Part shown: positions 47,558 to 60,805 of the stretch, piece after piece
Position numbering within the stretch: the first letter of the stretch is position 1
Layout of the letters: each line of letters starts with the position of its first letter
Origin: Eledone cirrhosa
Lineage: Eukaryota
Reading direction: 5' to 3'
Length of the DNA: 64,000 bases
Assembly: GCA_964016885.1 (NCBI GenBank)
Contig: OZ024752.1
Coordinates: forward strand, 20,832,001-20,896,000
Notes under the pieces: model-generated
What the model saw: only the letters and a program-made list of their open reading frames with translations
The model's database searches: none
Told to the model about the DNA's origin: nothing
Program-made: the position numbers and the translations under genes

Positions 47558-47879
47558 TATATATACATATACACACACACAGATAGTGTCATAATGTCGT
47601 AATGCAAACAGCCAGGCATACAGACAGATGTTATAAGGGCGAAACTTCATATCTATGTATCTATCTAAAAAGAAAGACTAATAATCATAGAGAGAGATCG
47701 CTAACTCGCCTAATGCGGTCCTTAGGGCACTGAAAATATGAAATATCTTTTGCTGAAAACACACACAGGACCATATGTATTTCATTTGTAAAGTTTGAAA
47801 ACAATCGGTTGGGTGGTTCTCGAGTTTTAGGGAGTCAGACAGACAGATAAAAAGACATTTTCTGTTTTAGGTATATAGA
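47266..47879 (-). mobile_element. Non-autonomous Helitron-like element, copy 4 (central segment replaced by microsatellite)
   Basis: a|ttagcagaatggccc...gtatataga|t. Lacks the gcaaagaatcgctg...gaaaacg block. Confidence 0.78.
47452..47581. repeat. Compound (TA)n/(GA)n/(CA)n microsatellite inside copy 4
   Basis: Directly visible. Confidence 0.92.
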
Positions 47880-50800
47880 TGATACACCTATTATTGTATG
47901 TTACACACACAGAGTAATGTATGCTACACCTAGTATTGTATGTTACACCTAGTATTGTCTGTAACACCTAGTATTGTATGTTACACCCAGTACTGTATAT
48001 TACACCTAGTATTTTATGTAACACCCAGTATTGTATATTAGACCTTGTATTGTATGTTACAACTAGAATTGTAGGTTGCACATAGTATTGTATGTAACAC
48101 TTAGTATTGTATGTTACACCTAGTGTTGTATGCTACACCTAGTATTTTATGTTACACCTAGTGTTGTATGTTACACCTAGTATTGTATGTAACACCTAGT
48201 GTTGTATGTTGCACCTAAAACTGTATGTAACACCTAGTATTGTATGTTAGACGTAGTATTTTTATGTTACACCTAGTATTATATGTAACACCTACTATCG
48301 TATGTTACACCTACTGTTGTATGTATGTTACACCTAGTATTGTATGTTACACCTTGTATTTTCTGTAACACCTAGTATTGTACGTTACACCCAGTACTGT
48401 ATGTTACACCTAGTATTGTATGTAACACCCAGTATTGTATATTAGACCTTGTATTGTATGTTACACCTAGTATTCTATGTTACACCTAGTACTGGATGTT
48501 ACACATAGTATGTATGTAACACCTAATATTGTATGTTACAGCTAGTGTTGTATGTTACACCTAGTATTGTACGTTACACCTAGTATTGTATGTTACAACT
48601 AGTATTGTATATTACACCTAGTATTATGTTACACTTACTATTGTATGTAACAACTAGTATTGTATGTTGCATTTAGTATTGTATGTAACTCTTAGTATTG
48701 TATGTTACACTTAGTGTTTTATGTTACACCTAGTATTGTATGTTACACCTAGTGTTGTATGTTACACCTAGTATTGTATGTAACCCCTAGTGTTGTATGT
48801 TACACCTAGTATTATATGTAACACCTAGTATTGTACGTTACACCTAGTATTTTGTTACACTTACTATTGCATGTAACACTTAGTATTGTATGTGGCACCT
48901 AGTATTGTATGTAACACTTAGTATTGTATGTTACACCTAATATTATATGTTACACCTAGTGTTGTATGTTACACCTAGTATTGTCGGTAACACCTAGTGT
49001 TGTATGTTACTACTACTATTGTATGTTACACCTAGTATTGTATGTTACACCTAGTATTGTATGTAACACTTAATATCGTATATTACACCTAGTGTTGTAT
49101 GTTCACCTAGTATTGTATGTTACACCTAGTGTTGTATGCTACACATAGTATTGTATGTTACATCTAGTAGTGTATGTTGCACCTAAAAACTGTATGTAAC
49201 ACCTAATATTGTATGTAACACCAGTTATTGTATGTAACACCTAGTATTGTATGTAACCCCTAGTATTGTATGTTAAACGTAGTATTGTATGTTACACCTA
49301 GTATTGTATGTTACAAGTAGTATTGTTTGTTACACCTAGTATTCTATGTTACACCTAGTATTGTATGTAACACATAGTATTGTATGTTACACCTAATATT
49401 GTATGTTACACATACTAATGTATGTTACATGTAGTATTGTTTGTTACATTTAGTATTGTATGTTACACCTAGGATTGTATGTAACATCTAGTATTGTATG
49501 TTACACGTATTATTGTATGTTACACCTAGTATTTTATGTAACACCTAGCATTGTATGTTACACTTAGTAATGTATGTTATATGTAGTATTGTATGTTATA
49601 CCTAGTACTGTATGTTACACTTACTATTGTATGTTACACCTAGTATGATATGTTACACCTAATATTGTATGTTACACCTTGTATTGTATATTACACCTAG
49701 TATTATATGTTACACATAGTATTGTATGTTACATCTACTATTGTACGTACCACCTAGTATTGTATGTTGCATCTAGTATTGTATGTTACACCTCGTACTG
49801 TATGTTAAACCTAGCATTGCATGTAACACCTAGTGTTGTATGTTAAACCTCGTATTGTATGTTACACATAGTATGGTATGTTACACCTAGTATTGTATAT
49901 TAACCTAGTGTTGTATGTTACACATAGTAGTGTATGTTACACCTCATACTGTATGTAACACCTAATATTGTATGTAACACTTAATATTGTATGTAACACC
50001 TAGTATTGTATGTTACGCATATTATTGCATGTAACACCTAGTTTCGTATGTTACAAGTAGTATTGGTTTTTTCACCTAGTACTGTATGTTACACCTAGTG
50101 TTGTATGTTACACCCAGTACTGTATGTTACACCTAGTATTGTATGTAACACCTAGTATTGTATGGTACACCTCGTATGATATGTTACACCTAATATTGTA
50201 TGTTACACCTAGTATTGTATATTACACCTAGTATTATATGTTACACATAGTATTGTATGTTACATCTACTATTGTACGTACCACTTGCTATTGTATGTTA
50301 CACCTAGTACTGTATGTTACACCTCGTATTCTAGGTTACATTTAGTATTGTATGTGAGACTGCGTATTGTATGTTGCACCTAGCATTGCATGTAACATTT
50401 AGTGTTGTATGTTAAACATCGTATTTTATGTTACACCTAGTTTGGTATGTTACACCTAGTATTGTATATTACACATAGTATTGTATGTTACACATAGTAG
50501 TGTATATTACACCTAGTACTGTATGTAACACATAGTATTGTATGTTACACCTAGTAGTGTATGTTACACCTAGTACTGTATGTAACACCTAGTACTGTAT
50601 GTAACACCTAGTATTGTATGTAACACCTAATACTGTATGTTACACCTAGTATTGTATGTTACACATAGTATTTTAGGTTACACTAGTATTGTATGTAACA
50701 CCTAGTGTTGTATGCATCACCTAGTATTGTATGCATCACCTAGTATTGTATGTTAATCTAGTATGGTATGTTACACCTAGTGTTGTATGTTACACCTAGT

Positions 50801-52845
50801 GTTGTATGTTACATCTAGCACTGTATGTTACACCTAGTACTGTATGTTACACCTAGTATTGTTTGTTACACATAGTAGTGTATATTACACCTAGTACTGT
50901 ATGTAACACATAGTATTGCATGTTACACCTAGTAGTGTATGTTACACCTAGTACTGTATGTAACACCTAGTACTGTATGTAACACCTAGTATTGTATGTA
51001 ACACCTAATATTGTATGTTACACTTAGTATTGTATGTTACACATAGTATTTTATGTTACACTAGTATTGTATGTAACACCTAGTGTTGTATGCATCACCT
51101 AGTATTGTATGTTAATCTAGTATGGTATGTTACACCTAGTATTGTATGTTACACCTAGTGTTGTATGTTACACCTACTGTTGTATGTTACACATAATATT
51201 GTATGTTACACCTAGTACTGTATGTAACACCTAGTATTGTATGTAACACCTAATATTGTATGTTACACCTAGTATTGTATGTTACACATAGTATTTTATG
51301 TTACACTAGTATTGTAAGTAACACCTAGTGTTGTATGCATCACCTAGTATTGTATGTTAATCTAGTATGGTATGTTACACCTAGTGTTGTATGTTACACA
51401 TAATATTGTATGTTACATCTAGCACTGTACGTTTCACCTAGTATTGTACGTAACACCTAGTATTGTATGTTACAAGTAGCATTGTTTGTTACACCTAGTA
51501 TTGTATGTTACACCTAGTATTCTATGTTACACCCAGTATTGTATGTTACACCTAGTACTGTATGTAACACCTAGTGTTGTATGTTACACCTAGTATTTTA
51601 TGTAACACCTAGTTGTGTATGTTACACCTAGTATTTTATGTAAAACCTAGTACTATATGTTACACCGTGTATTATATGTTGCACCTAGCATTGCATGTAA
51701 CACCTAGTATTGTTTGTTATACCCAGTATTGTATGTTACAGCTAGTATTGTATGTTACACCAAGTGTTTTATGTTACACCTAGTGTTGTATGTTACACAT
51801 AATATTGTAGGTTAAAGCTAGTATTGTATGTTAGCACTAGTATTGTATGTAACACCTAGCATTGTATGTTACACCTAGTATTGTATGTTACACCTAGTAT
51901 TGTATGTTACACCCAGTATTTTATGTTACACCTAGTATAGTATGTTACACCTCTATTTAATTTTAAACCTAGTATTGTATGTTTAAATCTATTGTATGTT
52001 ACAACGAGTATTCTATGTAACACCTAGTATTCTATGTAACACCCAGTAATGTATATTAGACATAGTATTCTATGTTACACCTAATATTCTATGTTATACC
52101 TATTACTGTATGTTACACAGTATTGTATGTAACACTAAATATTGTACGTTACACCTAGAATTGTATGTTACACCTATTGTTGTATATTACACCTAGTATT
52201 GTATGCTACACCTAGTGTTGTATGTTACACATAGTAGTGTATGTTACACCTAAAAACTGTATGTAACACCTAGTATTGTATGTAACACCTAGTATTGTAT
52301 GTTACCACTAGTATTGTATGTAACACCAAGTATTGTATATAACACCTAATATTGTATGTTACACCTAGTATTGTATGTTACACATAGTGTTGTATGTAAC
52401 TCCTAGTATGGCATGTAACACCTAGTGTTGTATGTTTCACCTAGTATCGTATGTTACACCTAGTATTGTATGTAACACCTAGTATTGTATGTTACACTTA
52501 GTATTGTATGTTACACCTGGTACATTATGTAACATCTAGTATTGTATGTTACACCTAGTATAGTATGTTACACCTAGTATTTTTGTTACAGCTAGTATTG
52601 TGTTTCACCTAGTATTATATGTTACACCTCTATTTAATTTTTAAACCTAGTATTTTATGTTTACACCTATTGTATGTTACACCCAGTATTGTATGTTACA
52701 CCCAGTATTGTATGTTACACCTAGTATTGTATGTTACAAGTAGTATTGTTTGTTACACCTACTATTGTATGTTACACATAGTGTTGTATGTCACACCTAC
52801 CATTGTATGTAACACAGAGTATTGTAAGTAACATCTAGCATTGTA
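47880..52845 (+). repeat. 19-bp satellite with local triplication at ~50450-51420
   Basis: tgcatcacc...gttaatctagtatgg motif at ~50714, ~51092 and ~51337. Confidence 0.96.
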
Positions 52846-53477
52846 TTAGTAGAATGGCCCGGCGTTGGTAAGGATTTGCTCTAGAGTTCTTATATATTTG
52901 ATATATATTTATCCTTGTCGAGCCTCGTTAAATAAATACGTTTGTTATGATTTTGTTGTTGTATATGCAAAAATATCTGTACACGAATATATAATTATAT
53001 GTATATATTAAAATAACAGATTAAAGTTTCAGCAAGGAATCGCTGCTTTCACCCTTAACGGGATCTTCTGAAATTACAAAAATCAATCTGTGAACGCAGA
53101 CGTAAATATTTCGAAAAACGTTACGCACTATATATATATGTACACACACTATATATATACATATACACACACACAGATAGTGTCATAATGTCGTAATGAA
53201 GATAGCCAGGCATACAGACAAATATTATAAGAGTGCATCTTTATATCTATGTATCTATCTAAAAAGAAAGACTAAGAATTATAGAGATCGCACACTCGCC
53301 TAATGCGGTCCCTAGGGCAGTGAAAATATAAAATATCTTGTGCTCAAAACACTCACAGGACCATCTCTATTACATTTGTATAGTTTAGAAACAATCGGTT
53401 GGGTGGTTCTCGAGTTTTAGGGAGTCAGACAAACAGACAGACAGACAAATAGACATTCTCTGATTTACATATATAGA
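52846..53477 (-). mobile_element. Non-autonomous Helitron-like element, copy 5
   Basis: a|ttagtagaatggccc...atatataga|t, collinear with copy 2. Confidence 0.78.
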
Positions 53478-55242
53478 TGATACACCTGTTATTGAATGTT
53501 ACACACACATAGTATTGTATGTTACACCTAGTATTGTATTTAACACATAGTATTGTATGTAACTCCCAGTATTGTATATTAGACATTGTATTGTATGTTA
53601 GACCTAGTATTGCATGTTACACCTCTTATTGTGTGTAACACCTAGTATTCTATGTTACACCTAGTATTCTATGTTATACCTATTACTGTATGTTACACAG
53701 TATTGTATGTACCACCTAATATTGTACGTTACACCTAGAATTGTATGTTACACCTAGTGTTCTATGCTACACCTAGTGTTTATGTTACACATAGTATTGT
53801 ATGTTACACCTAGTATTGTATGTAACACCTAGCGTTGTATGTAACACCTAGTATTGCATGTAACACCTAGTGTTGTATGTTTCACCTAGTATCGTATGTT
53901 ACACCTAGTATTGTATGTAACACCTAGTATTGTATGTTAGATCTAGTGTTGTATGTTACACCTAGTACTTTATGTAACACATAGTAGTGTATGTTACACA
54001 TACTGATGTATGTTACAACTAGTATTGTATGATACACCCAGTATTGTTTGTTACACATAGTATTGTATGTTTACACCTATTGTATGTTACACCAAGTATT
54101 CTATGTTACACCTAGTATTGTATGTTACAAGTAGTATTGTTTGTTACATCTGCTATTCTATGTTACACCTAGTATTGTATGTTAGACCTAGTACTGTATG
54201 TTACACCTAGTAGTGTATGTAACACCTAGTATTATATGTTACACATAGTCTTGTATGTTACAACTCGTATTCTATGTTACACCCAGTATTGTATGTTACA
54301 CCTAGTATTGTATGTAACACCTAGTGTTGTATGTTACACCTAGTATTTTATGTTACACCTAGTATTGTCTGTAACACCTAGTACTGTATGTTACACCTAG
54401 TGTTGTATGTAACACCTAGTATTTTATTTTACACATAGTATTGTATGTTACACCTAGTGTTGTATGTTAACCTAGTATTGTTTGTAACACCTATTAGTGT
54501 ATGTTACACCTAGTATTGTATGTAAGACCTAGTACTGTATGTTACACCTCGTATGGTATGTGACACCGAGTATTATATGTTGCCCCTAGCATTGCATGTA
54601 ACACCTAGTATAGTATGTTATACCCGGTATTGTATGTTACACCTAGTATTGTATGTTACACCTATTGTTGTATGTTACACCTAGTGTTGTATGTTACACC
54701 TAGTGTTGTATGTTAAACCTATTATCGTATGTATCACCTAATATTGTATGTTACACCTAGTATGGTATGTTACACCTAGTAATGTATGTTACACCTAGTG
54801 TTGTATGTTAAACATAAAATTGTATGTTACAACTAGTACTGTATGTTACACCTAGTACTGTATGTTACACCTATTACTCTATGTGACACCTAGTATTGTA
54901 TGTAACAACTAATATTGTAGGTTAAAGCTAGTATTGTATGTTAGCACTAGTATTGTATTTAACACTTAGTATTGTATGTTACCCCTAGTATTGTATGTTA
55001 CACCTAGTGTTGTATGTAACACCTAGTATTGCCTGTAACACCTAGTGTTGTATGTTTCACCTAGTGTTGTATGTTTCACCTAGTATCGTATGTTACACCT
55101 AGTATTGTATGTAACACCTAGTATTGTATGATACACGTAGTATTGTATGTTACCCCTAGTATTATATGTTACACCTATTATTGTATTTTACAGCTAGTAT
55201 TGTATGTCACACCTACCATTGTATGTAACATCTAGCATTGTA
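53478..55242 (+). repeat. 19-bp satellite
   Basis: Same monomer. Confidence 0.97.
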
Positions 55243-55400
55243 TTAGTAGAATGGCCCGGCGTTGCTAAGGATTTACTCTAGAGTTCTTATATATTTGATA
55301 TATATTTATCCTTATCGAGTCTCGTGAAATAAACACGTTTGTTTATATTGTGTTATTGTATATGAAAAAATATTTGTACACGAATATATAATTATCTATA

Positions 55401-57185
55401 TGCGCAATCCCGACCAGGTCCATACACGACAACCTCCACCTCATGCGATACATCATAGAGAGGGTAAGGTGTAAACCCGGCTTCGGTGGGGCCCTGATCA
55501 ACTTGGATCAGTCTAAGGCTTTCGATAGGGTTGACCATCGTTACCTGGATGCGGTGCTCGAGGCGGCAGGCTTCGGACCCGTGTTCAGGGGCTGGATTGC
55601 TGCAATGCACAACAGCAACATCTGCTCAAGGGTCAAGGTGAACGGCTACCTCTCGGAGCCGTTCCATATTACGCGATCCATTCGACAGGGATGCCCTCTC
55701 TCCTCCCTTCTGTACGTACTGACTCTCGAGCCACTACTGCGGAAGCTGGAGCTATTGCAGGGCATCCCTCTGGAACCGGGACTGCGGAAAGCGGCGTCGG
55801 CCTAAGCCGACGACGTGACAGTAATGGTGTCGAGCGCCTCGCAAATCGATGAAGTCGGCACCTTACTAAAGGAATACGAAAGTCTCACAGGAGCGAAGCT
55901 GAACCGGGACAAGTCCATCGGTTTGCAACTCGGATCGTGGAGAGGCAGACCGATGCCTTCCGATGGCGTCGTCGGACGCTGGACGGAAGGACCGGTAAAG
56001 CTGCTCGGGGTCTGGTTTGGTCCGGACCTCCAGGTGGAGAAGAACTGGAACGAAGTGACGGCCAAGGTGTTTGCACTCACCCAGAAGTGGGCCGAGTGCA
56101 AACAATCCTTGAAAGGTCGAGCGGAGGTGGCGAACACTTTTATAGCGTCTGCCATCTACTACCGCTTGACCGTCGTGCCTTGTCCAGCCAAAACGCTCGC
56201 CAAAATGGAGCGCGCGCTCTTCCGATTCCTTTGGAAGAGGCAGGCTCCTTTGGTGAGAAGATCCATATGCTGCCAACACTCTTCTAACGGAGGGCTGGGG
56301 ATGTCGTGGTTGACGATGCGCAAACACGCGCTCAGGCTGCGGCATCTCTACGTATTCCTCACCAGACAACCGGTGTGGGCCCCGTTCGTGAGGCGAGCCT
56401 TCCCACGACTCGTCTCGCTGACCGAGCTGCAGTCCTGGGTCAAGCAAAGACCGAGGAAAATGGGCGACTGGCACATCGAATGTGCTCAGGCGCTCACAGC
56501 CCTCTGGCAGGCGGACCCGGCGATCAGTGGAGACTCCACTTCGTCATTCTATAGAGGGTTGGTCCGCAGCAAGTGCGACGACGCGCTCGGTGAAACTCTA
56601 GGCGTAGAGGAAGATGAACTGGCCAGTCTGTTCGGTAGGACCTTCCGCCCGGGACCGATGGACAACTTCCAAAAGTCCCTGGCCTGGCAGTGCTACAGAG
56701 GAGCTCTACCAGTTCGAGACAAGCTCTACAGACATGGGCGCCCGGACAGGGACCCTGCAAAAAAGATCTGTCCGAGGTGCGTGCGAGACGAAGAAACCGT
56801 CGCGCACGCATTCATACACTACCCGGGCGTCACCGACCTGTGGGGCTATGTAGAACGACTATTGTCGCGGGTGGGACCAGTCCAGTTGACCACCGAGTCC
56901 ATTGTCATGATCAAACCGCCATCCTCCTTCAAAAACGAAGGAGAGGCGGTTTTCCTTTGTGTGATAGCTATGGCGAAAGAGGTTGTATGGTGGACAAGGT
57001 TGAAAGGGCTGAGGTCAGACACCTTTCTCTCCGGCCAACAACTGATTCTTTTTTTCAAATACCACTTTGGAAGAAGAATCAGGATGGAGAGAGAGGTGCT
57101 GTAACCCAGCAAGTTTTATGAAAGGTGGGTGAAAGTGGCGAGAATGGCCCGAGTGAATGGGCCTTCTCTCTATATCAGCCTGTAG
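55401..57185 (+). pseudogene. Truncated ORF2 (reverse transcriptase plus C-terminal zf-RVT-like CCHC region) with in-frame stops
   Basis: A single frame reads CAIPTRSIHDNLHLMR...LDQSKAFDRVDH...SIRQGCPLS...A*ADDV...KLLGVWF...GGLG...CPRCVRDEETVAHAFIHYP. TAA at 55803-55805 replaces the Y of YADD. A second TAA at 57102-57104 is followed in frame by PSKFYERWVKVARMARVNGPSLYISL* (stop 57183-57185). Confidence 0.92.
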
Positions 57186-57426
57186 GTTGAGGAAAAGGAG
57201 GAGGAGAGGAAAGGAGTACAAGCACTTCGTACTCCTGGAGATGAGGGTTGCACATTTTTTTTCGGGGGTATGTGTTACCCATATAAACTGTCTCCCTCTA
57301 TTGGGGAAAATCGACTAACTTTTTAAATTCCATTTGTGATAACATTTTACACGTTTTTATTGTATGTAAACTTCCCCCTTTGTATTTGTCCCCTTCTTTT
57401 GTGCCCCTGTGGCTAATAAAGAAATA
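55402..57426 (+). mobile_element. 5'-truncated non-LTR retrotransposon, L1/Tx1 clade
   Basis: GC-rich 2-kb block starting inside the RT domain. 3' UTR with AATAAA at 57415-57420 and a short A-rich end. Candidate 9-bp TSD tatctatat at 55393-55401 and 57427-57435. Confidence 0.93.
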
Positions 57427-57904
57427 TATCTATATATATTAAAATAACAGATTAAAGCTTCAGCAAAGAATCGCTGCTTTCACTCTTAACGGGATCTTTT
57501 GAAACTAAAAAAATCAATCTGCGAACGCAGAAGTGAACATTTCGAAAAACGTTACGCACTATATATACATATATACACACACACACCATATATATACATA
57601 TACACACACACAGATAGTGTCATAATGTCGTAATGCAGATATCCAGGCATACAGACAGATATTATAAGGGCGCATCTTTATATCTATGTATCTATCTAAA
57701 AAGAAAGACTAAGAATTATAGAGAGATCGCTAACTCACCTAATACGGTCCCTAGGGCAGTGAAAATATGATATATCTTTTGCTCAAAACACCCACAGAAC
57801 CATATGTATTACATTTGTAAAGTTTGAAAAGAATAGGTTGGGTGGTTCTCGAGTTTTAGGGAGTCAGACAGCCAAACAGACATTTTCTGCTTTAGATATA
57901 TAGA

Positions 57905-60805
57905 TGATACACCTGTTATTGAAAGTTTCACGCACATAGTAATGAATGTTACACCTAGTATTTTATGTTACACCCAGTGGTGTATGTTACACCTAGTATT
58001 GTATGTAACACCCAGTATTGTATATTAGACATAGTATTGTATGATAAACCTAGAATTGTATGGTACATCTAGTATTATATGTTACACCTCTTATTGTATG
58101 TAACACCTACTATTCTATGTTACACCTAGTATTCTATGTTATACCTATTACTGTATGTTACACATAGTATTGTATGTAACACGTAGTATTTTATGTTGCA
58201 CCTAGAATTGTATGTTACACCTAGAATTAGGTTACACTTGCTATTGTATGTAACACATAGTGCTGTATGTTAAACCTAGTATTGTATGTAACACCTAGTG
58301 TTGTAAATTAAACCTAGTACTGTATGTTATACCTAGTATTGTATGTTACACCTGGTACTTTATGTAACACCTAGTATTGTATGTTACACGTATTATTAGT
58401 ATGTTACACCTAGTATTGTACGTTACACTTAGTATTGTATGTTACACCTAGTATTGTACGTTACACTTAGTATTTTATGTTACACCTAGTATTGTATGTT
58501 ACCCCTAGTATTATATGTTACACCTAGCATTGTATGTTACACCTAGTATTGTATTTACACCTAATATTGTATGTTGCACCTAGTATAGTATGTTACACGT
58601 GGTATTGTATGTTATAGCAAGTGTTATATGTTAAACCTAGTATTGTGTTACACCTATTACTGTATGTAACACCTAGTATTGTATGTTACACCCGGTATTG
58701 TATATTAGACATAGTATCGTATGTTAAACCTAGAATTGTACGTTACATCTAGTATTGTATGTTACACCGCTTATTGTATGTAACACCTACTATTCTATGT
58801 TACACCTAGTATTCTATGTTATACCTATTACTGTATGTTACACATAGTATTGTATGTAACACGTAGTATTTTATGTTGCACCTAGAATTGTATGTTACAC
58901 CTAGAATTAGGTTACACTTGCTATTGTATGTAACACATAGTGCTGTATGTTAAACCTAGTATTGTATGTAACACCTAGTGTTGTAAATTAAACCTAGTAC
59001 TGTATGTTATACCTAGTATTGTATGTTACACCTGGTACTTTATGTAACACCTAGTATTGTATGTTACACGTATTATTAGTATGTTACACCTAGTATTGTA
59101 CGTTACACTTAGTATTGTACGTTACACTTAGTATTTTAAGTTACACCTAGTATTGTATGTTACCCCTAGTATTATATGTTACACCTAGTATTGTATTTAC
59201 ACCTAATATTGTATGTTGCACCTAGTATAGTATGTTACACGTGGTATTGTATGTTATAGCAAGTGTTGTATGTTAAACCTAGTATTGTGTTACACCTATT
59301 ACTGTATGTAACACCTAGTATTGTATGTTACACCCGGTATTGTATATTAGACATAGTATCGTATGTTAAACCTAGAATTGTACGTTACATCTAGTATTGT
59401 ATGTTACACCGCTTATTGTATGTAACACCTACTATTCTATGTTACACCTAGTATTCTATGTTATACCTGGTACTTTATGTAACACCTAGTATTGTATGTT
59501 ACCCCTAGTATGGTATGTTACACCTAGTATTGTATGTAAGACCTAGTACTGAATGTTACACCCAGTATTCTATGTTACATCTAGTATTCTATGTTAAATC
59601 TAGTGTTTTATGGAACAACTAGTGTTGTATGTTACACCCAGTATTGTATGTTACACCTAGTATTGTATGTTACACCTAGTATTTTATGTTAAACGTAGTA
59701 TTGTATGTTACACCTAGTATTGTATGTTACACCTAGTATTGTATGTTACCCCTAGTATTATATGTTACCCCTAGTATTATATGTTACACCTAGTATTGTA
59801 TGTTACACCTAGTATTGTATGTTACACCTAGTATTGTATGTTACACCTAGTATTGAATATTACCCCTAGTATTATATGTTACACCTATTATTGTATGTTA
59901 CACCTGGTACTTTATATAGCACCTAGTATAGTATGTTACACGTGGTATTGTATGTTATAGCAAGTGTTGTATGTTAAACCTAGTATTGTGTTACACCTAT
60001 TACTGTATGTAACACCTAGTATTGTATGTTACACCTAGTATTTTATGTTACACCCAGTTGTGTATGTTACACCTAGTATTGTATGTAACACCCAGTATTG
60101 TATATTAGACATAGTATTGTTTGTTAAACCTAGAATTGTATGTTACATCTAATATTGTATGTTACACCTACTATTCTATGTTACACCTAGTATTCTATGT
60201 TATACCTGGTACTTTATGTAACACCTAATATTGTATGTTACCTCTAGTATGGTATGTTACACCTAGTATTGTATGTAACACCTAGTACTGAATGTTACAC
60301 CCCGTATTCTATGTTACATCTAGTATTCTATGTTAAATCTAGTGTTTTATGGAACAACTAGTGTTGTATGTTACACCCAGTATTGTATGTTACACCTAGT
60401 ATTGTGTGTTACACCTAGTATTTTATGTTAAACGTATTATTGTATGTTACACCTAGTATTGTATGTTACACCTAGTATTGAATATTACCCCTAGTATTAT
60501 ATGTTACACCTATTATTGTATGTTACACCTGGTATTTTATGTAGCGCCTAGTATTGTATGTTACACATAGTACTGTATGTTACACCTAGTATTGTATGTT
60601 ACACCTAGTATTGTATGTTACACCTAGTATTGAATGTTACCCCTAGTATTATATGTTACACCTATTATTGTATTTTACAGCTAGTATTGTATGTTACACC
60701 TACTATTGTATGTTACACATAGTGTTGTATGTTACAACTCGTATTGTATGTCACACCTACCATTGTATGTAACACCGTGTATTGTATGTAACATCAAGCA
60801 TTGTA
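57905..60805 (+). repeat. 19-bp satellite with ~680-bp tandem duplication (about 58000-59460)
   Basis: acgtagtattttatgttgcacctagaattg at 58181 and 58861. gttatagcaagtg occurs three times. Confidence 0.96.

Larger units (their letters stand above)
55243..57904 (-). mobile_element. Non-autonomous Helitron-like element, copy 6, split by a LINE (halves 55243-55401 and 57427-57904)
   Basis: Removing the LINE and one TSD copy restores ...cacgaatatataattatctatatatattaaaataacag..., matching the other copies. Confidence 0.8.

Noticed and set aside
57141-57151. agaatggcccg in the LINE matches the Helitron terminus
   Set aside because: Only 11 bp, inside the LINE reading frame and away from the junctions. 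Chance is sufficient.
55392-57221. Overlapping alternative-frame and antisense ORFs in the LINE
   Set aside because: Expected shadows of a GC-rich coding frame. Only the frame starting at 55401 has RT motifs.
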